From contig JAYUUO010000150.1 in assembly GCA_043754515.1 (NCBI GenBank), forward strand, positions 32,001 through 96,000: a DNA stretch of 64,000 bases, given 5' to 3'. Positions 60,417-64,000 of this stretch are shown here, piece after piece. Both the position numbers and the translations under genes were made by a program. Positions within the stretch are counted from its first letter, which is position 1; each line of letters begins with the position of its first letter. The DNA comes from Armatimonadota bacterium. GTDB taxonomy: Bacteria > Armatimonadota > Armatimonadia > Armatimonadales > Armatimonadaceae. The notes beneath the pieces were generated by a model. It had not been told where the DNA came from. It did not search any database and saw only the letters and a program-made list of their open reading frames with translations.

Positions 60417-60875
60417 ATGACCGCCGAAACTTACCTGCGCCGCGCGTTGCTCGCGCCGATTCTCGTACCCGCGCTCGCCGCCGTCCCGCTTATAATCCCG
60501 GCGGGCGTGGGGGATGACGGATCGCCCATGCTTACCTCCAACGTCGCCTCCTTTCTGCTCTGTTCGCTCCTCATTGGTGGCATCCCCTACTTGTGGATGT
60601 TGTACTCGCGCCGGGAGGAGTTGCGGCGGCTGAGCGGGGGACGACTCGGCGCCGCCCTCATACAGATGCCACTGGATATGCTCCCCTATTTCTGGAAGTT
60701 CTGGGGCGTGGTGACGGCACTCTTGTTGGTCACGATTTGGGGCGCGCTGTATGGGCTGGTCTTTCTTATTGTCGGGACGCTCGCCGTGCCTGTCCTGGGT
60801 TATGGTTACGTGGCGGCGACGTTCGGGTTCCTACGGGCCTATCAGTGGCTGGGATTGGTGGAGCGGGAGGCGTAA
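60417..60875 (+). CDS. hypothetical membrane protein
   Basis: AAGGAG RBS, four hydrophobic helices. Confidence 0.7.
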   Translation: MTAETYLRRALLAPILVPALAAVPLIIPAGVGDDGSPMLTSNVASFLLCSLLIGGIPYLWMLYSRREELRRLSGGRLGAALIQMPLDMLPYFWKFWGVVTALLLVTIWGALYGLVFLIVGTLAVPVLGYGYVAATFGFLRAYQWLGLVEREA

Positions 60876-60977
60876 CCGCCTTCCGCCCTGCCGTTGCGGT
60901 GGGCGAGGCAACCCGCCATCTGAGGCGTGCTGTCTTGTGGAACCGACGCGTCGTGGTGCCGTACAATATGTGTAGCC

Positions 60978-63134
60978 ATGACTCAGACTAAATTTTACAT
61001 TTCCGCGATGGACTGTCCGACCGAGGAGCAGATCATCCGTAACGGGTTGAAGCGCGAGACCGGCATCAAGCAACTCGACTTCGACCTGCTGAACCGCGTC
61101 CTCACCGTTTCGCTCGCGCCGGACGGCGACGCGGGGTCCGTCCGTACCATCCTCAATAGTCTGGGAATGGCAGCCAAACCGCTCGACGAAATGGCCGACG
61201 ATCCGGCCATTCCGCAACCGGAATGGCGACGCTGGCTCCTGCCGGGCGCGGCGGGTCTTCTCGCTGCCGCCGCCGAAGTAACCGCGTGGGCGACCGGCAA
61301 AGACAACTCGATCCCCGTCATAGCGCTCGCGGTGCTGGCACTCGCGCTCGGTGGACAGGATACATTCCGCAAGGGCTGGGTCGCGGTGCGGACGTTCACC
61401 CTGAACATCAACTTCCTGATGACGCTCGCTATCGCGGGTGCCATCGCGGTGGGCCAGTGGCCCGAAGCAGCCATGGTCGCCGTGCTATTCGGTATCGCGG
61501 AGCGGATCGAAGGCTATTCGCTCGACCGTGCCCGGAACGCGGTCGCCGCGCTCATGGACACCGTGCCCGAAACCGCGCGGGTGTGGCACTCGCACGGCGG
61601 CGACGATCCGGGACACTGGCACGACATGGCGGCGAGCGGGGTATCGGTCGGGGAGCGGGTTCAGGTGCGACCAGGGGAGCGCGTCCCGATCGACGGGCGC
61701 GTGGTGGAAGGGCGTTCGGGTGTCAACCAGTCCGCGCTGACGGGGGAGAGCATCCCGGTAGAGAAAGAGCCGGGGGACGAAGTCTGGGCGGGAAGCGTGA
61801 ATGGGCGCGGGGTGCTGGTGTTTGAGACACTGGTCGCGAGTGGCGACACCCGGATTGACCGGATCGCGCGCGCGGTGCAGGCGGCGCAGGCGGACCGCGC
61901 CCCGACCCAGCGGTTCGTTGACAAGTTCGCCCGCGTCTACACGCCGACTGTGGTGGTGCTCGCGCTCCTGCTCGCTGTCGTCCCGCCGCTCCTGGGACTT
62001 GGCTCGTGGCACGACTGGCTGTATAAGGCACTGGTGATGCTGGTAATCGCCTGCCCCTGCGCCCTCGTGCTTTCGACTCCGGTCGCGGTGGTGTCGGGGC
62101 TGACGGCGGCGGCGAAGAACGGCCTGCTCATAAAAGGCGGTGCGTACCTGGAGGCGGGTGCCCGGCTTCGCGTGATCGCGTTCGATAAGACCGGGACGCT
62201 GACGAAGGGCAAGCCGGTTGTCACCGACATCGTGCCGCTCGCCGATGATTCCCCCGACGCGCTCCTGCACCTCGCGGCGAGTCTGAACGCGTCCTCGGAG
62301 CACCCGCTAGCGGGCGCGATTGTCGCGGCGTGCGCGTCGAAACATAGTTGCCAGTTGCCGCTCATCGGCGATTTCGAGGCACTGATCGGGCGCGGCGTGA
62401 CCGGGCGGCTCGACGGGCGACGCTACTACATCGGTAACCACCAACTCACCGAGGAGAACCGGGTTTGTAGCGCGGAGGTCGAGGCGGTGATTGATCGCCT
62501 GGAGATCGAAGGGAAAACGCCGGTGGTGCTGACAAGTGACACGCGTTCGCTCGCGGTGCTGGGCGTCGCCGACACGCTCCGCGAAGAGGCGGCGGACACG
62601 CTGAGCCAGTTGCGCGGACTCGGGGTTCAGACCGTGTTGCTATCGGGTGACAGCCAGCGCGTCGCCGACGCGGTCGCGTCGCAGGTCGGAATCGAGTCGG
62701 CGCGGGGCGGGCTACTGCCGGAGGATAAATTGTCCTTCATAGAGTCTCTCCGGTCGCCGCGCCACACGGTCGGGATGGTCGGCGATGGGATCAACGACGC
62801 ACCCGCGCTCGCCCGCGCCGACATCGGCTTCTCGGTCGGACAGGGCGGGTCGGACACCGCGACGGAGACGGCGGATGTGGTACTCCTGCACGGCGATCTG
62901 ACGAAGCTCGGCTACTTCGTCCGGCTGTCGCGGCGGGTGACGGGGGTACTAACGCAGAACATCGTGCTCGCACTCGTGATCAAGGTCGTCGTGTTCGTGC
63001 TCGCCCTGTTCAACCATGCCACGCTCTGGATGGCGGTGCTCGCCGACGTCGGCACGAGCCTGCTCGTAGTCGGGAACGGCCTGCGGCTTTTGCGGTTCGC
63101 GCCGGATAAGCAGACCCGGACGCGCGACTACTAA
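60978..63134 (+). CDS. heavy-metal translocating P1B-type ATPase (Zn/Cd/Pb, ZntA/CadA-like)
   Basis: 'MDCPTEE' metal-binding domain, 'TGES', 'CPC', 'DKTGT', 'SEHPLA', 'GDGINDAP', TM Lys and 'ADVG'. Confidence 0.93.
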   Translation: MTQTKFYISAMDCPTEEQIIRNGLKRETGIKQLDFDLLNRVLTVSLAPDGDAGSVRTILNSLGMAAKPLDEMADDPAIPQPEWRRWLLPGAAGLLAAAAEVTAWATGKDNSIPVIALAVLALALGGQDTFRKGWVAVRTFTLNINFLMTLAIAGAIAVGQWPEAAMVAVLFGIAERIEGYSLDRARNAVAALMDTVPETARVWHSHGGDDPGHWHDMAASGVSVGERVQVRPGERVPIDGRVVEGRSGVNQSALTGESIPVEKEPGDEVWAGSVNGRGVLVFETLVASGDTRIDRIARAVQAAQADRAPTQRFVDKFARVYTPTVVVLALLLAVVPPLLGLGSWHDWLYKALVMLVIACPCALVLSTPVAVVSGLTAAAKNGLLIKGGAYLEAGARLRVIAFDKTGTLTKGKPVVTDIVPLADDSPDALLHLAASLNASSEHPLAGAIVAACASKHSCQLPLIGDFEALIGRGVTGRLDGRRYYIGNHQLTEENRVCSAEVEAVIDRLEIEGKTPVVLTSDTRSLAVLGVADTLREEAADTLSQLRGLGVQTVLLSGDSQRVADAVASQVGIESARGGLLPEDKLSFIESLRSPRHTVGMVGDGINDAPALARADIGFSVGQGGSDTATETADVVLLHGDLTKLGYFVRLSRRVTGVLTQNIVLALVIKVVVFVLALFNHATLWMAVLADVGTSLLVVGNGLRLLRFAPDKQTRTRDY

Positions 63135-63190
63135 TAAATGGAACGGGGGTTTGTGAAGCGAGATCCTAACAGTGCGCGGGCAGAGCGAAA

Positions 63191-64000
63191 CTACCCTCTC
63201 TCCCTGGGGAATTGGCCGTGGATATAGAGTGCCCACTTCAGCGGTTCGGCATAAGGAGTGTCGTAACCTCTCGCGACGTATGCACTCAGTTCTGATAGCA
63301 CCCCGCTCACTTCGGTGTGGATCCGTGGTTCTTGCTCGGCGAGGAGTACCAGCGCAATAACCGCCGCGTTCACCGTCCAGTCCATAGTGCCGTTTATGAG
63401 CGATAGCAACATGTCGCGCCGCGATGAGCCATGCCAGCCCTCACCGACATGTGAAATCACCAGTGCGGTGGCAATCTGCACACGGTATAGCCATTGTCAC
63501 CACAACATGTTCTGGTGACGGGCGGGTTTGTCGGGAGCATGAACCATAACGGCTGCGAGATCCCGAACCGCGTCCTCCCCGAGTGATCGCGCCGCATCCT
63601 TCGCCCAGTAGCTCCAGGCGTCCGCCGCGTACCGCTCCCGACCCGCGATCACAATGATTTCCGGTGGCGGTTGTGGAACGTCTACCATCGCAACGAATTC
63701 GTCCCTACTGAAATGCCATAACTGAAACTTCACAGGGAAACGGGGACGGCGTGGATCGGAAGGTCGCGCACTCTCAACCCGGAACGTGGCACGCACGCCT
63801 ATCTCATTCAACTCGCGCCAAATGGCATAGCTGGCACTCGGCGACTCGACCCCATCCGAGATAATCAGAAGGCCGTCCATGATGGGTGTGTCGTCGCTGG
63901 GTGCTTTCTGTTCGCTGATACAAGTCAGTGCTTTCCGCGCGACATCAATTACCGCTTCTGCCGTGTAGCACAACCCCAACCCGAAGAACGGGACTGCCCG
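63191..64000 (-). pseudogene. C-terminal part of a helical-repeat hypothetical protein interrupted by an in-frame TGA
   Basis: ORFs 63497-63979 and 63191-63481 are in one frame, separated only by TGA (…TGG TGA CAA TGG…). Confidence 0.55.

Overview
GC-rich bacterial chromosomal segment, most likely Armatimonadota. That assignment is inferred from three prepilin/DUF1559 H-X9-DG proteins of the 'FPVFA(Q/G)AREKARQ' type, a PEP-CTERM protein, KDO genes and a TonB system. The window mixes housekeeping genes (pyrE, pyrG, kdsD, kdsC, nfi, rnz, comF, TrmH, M16 and M32 peptidases, a sigma-70 paralogue, a P1B ATPase) with several accessory modules. (1) A LacI-controlled lipoprotein, pilin-like protein, sugar ABC transporter and two GH43 genes, with two copies of a palindromic operator. 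(2) A TonB receptor-ExbB-ExbD-ExbD-TonB operon with a very long Gly-rich TonB. (3) The most striking: a three-gene operon in which a photoactive yellow protein homologue (Tyr42/Glu46/Cys69 retained) follows two uncharacterised coiled-coil proteins that share a ~35-aa repeat. (4) A PEP-CTERM, DUF4331, TPR, HupE/UreJ, pilin-like operon with several predicted N-terminal metal-binding motifs. Also present: a ligase-less polynucleotide kinase-phosphatase and a decayed IS66 (ISBst12-type) element. Four +1 frameshifts in G/C runs are probably sequencing errors. No rRNA, tRNA or CRISPR array was seen. All product calls come from motif recognition by eye, not database searches.
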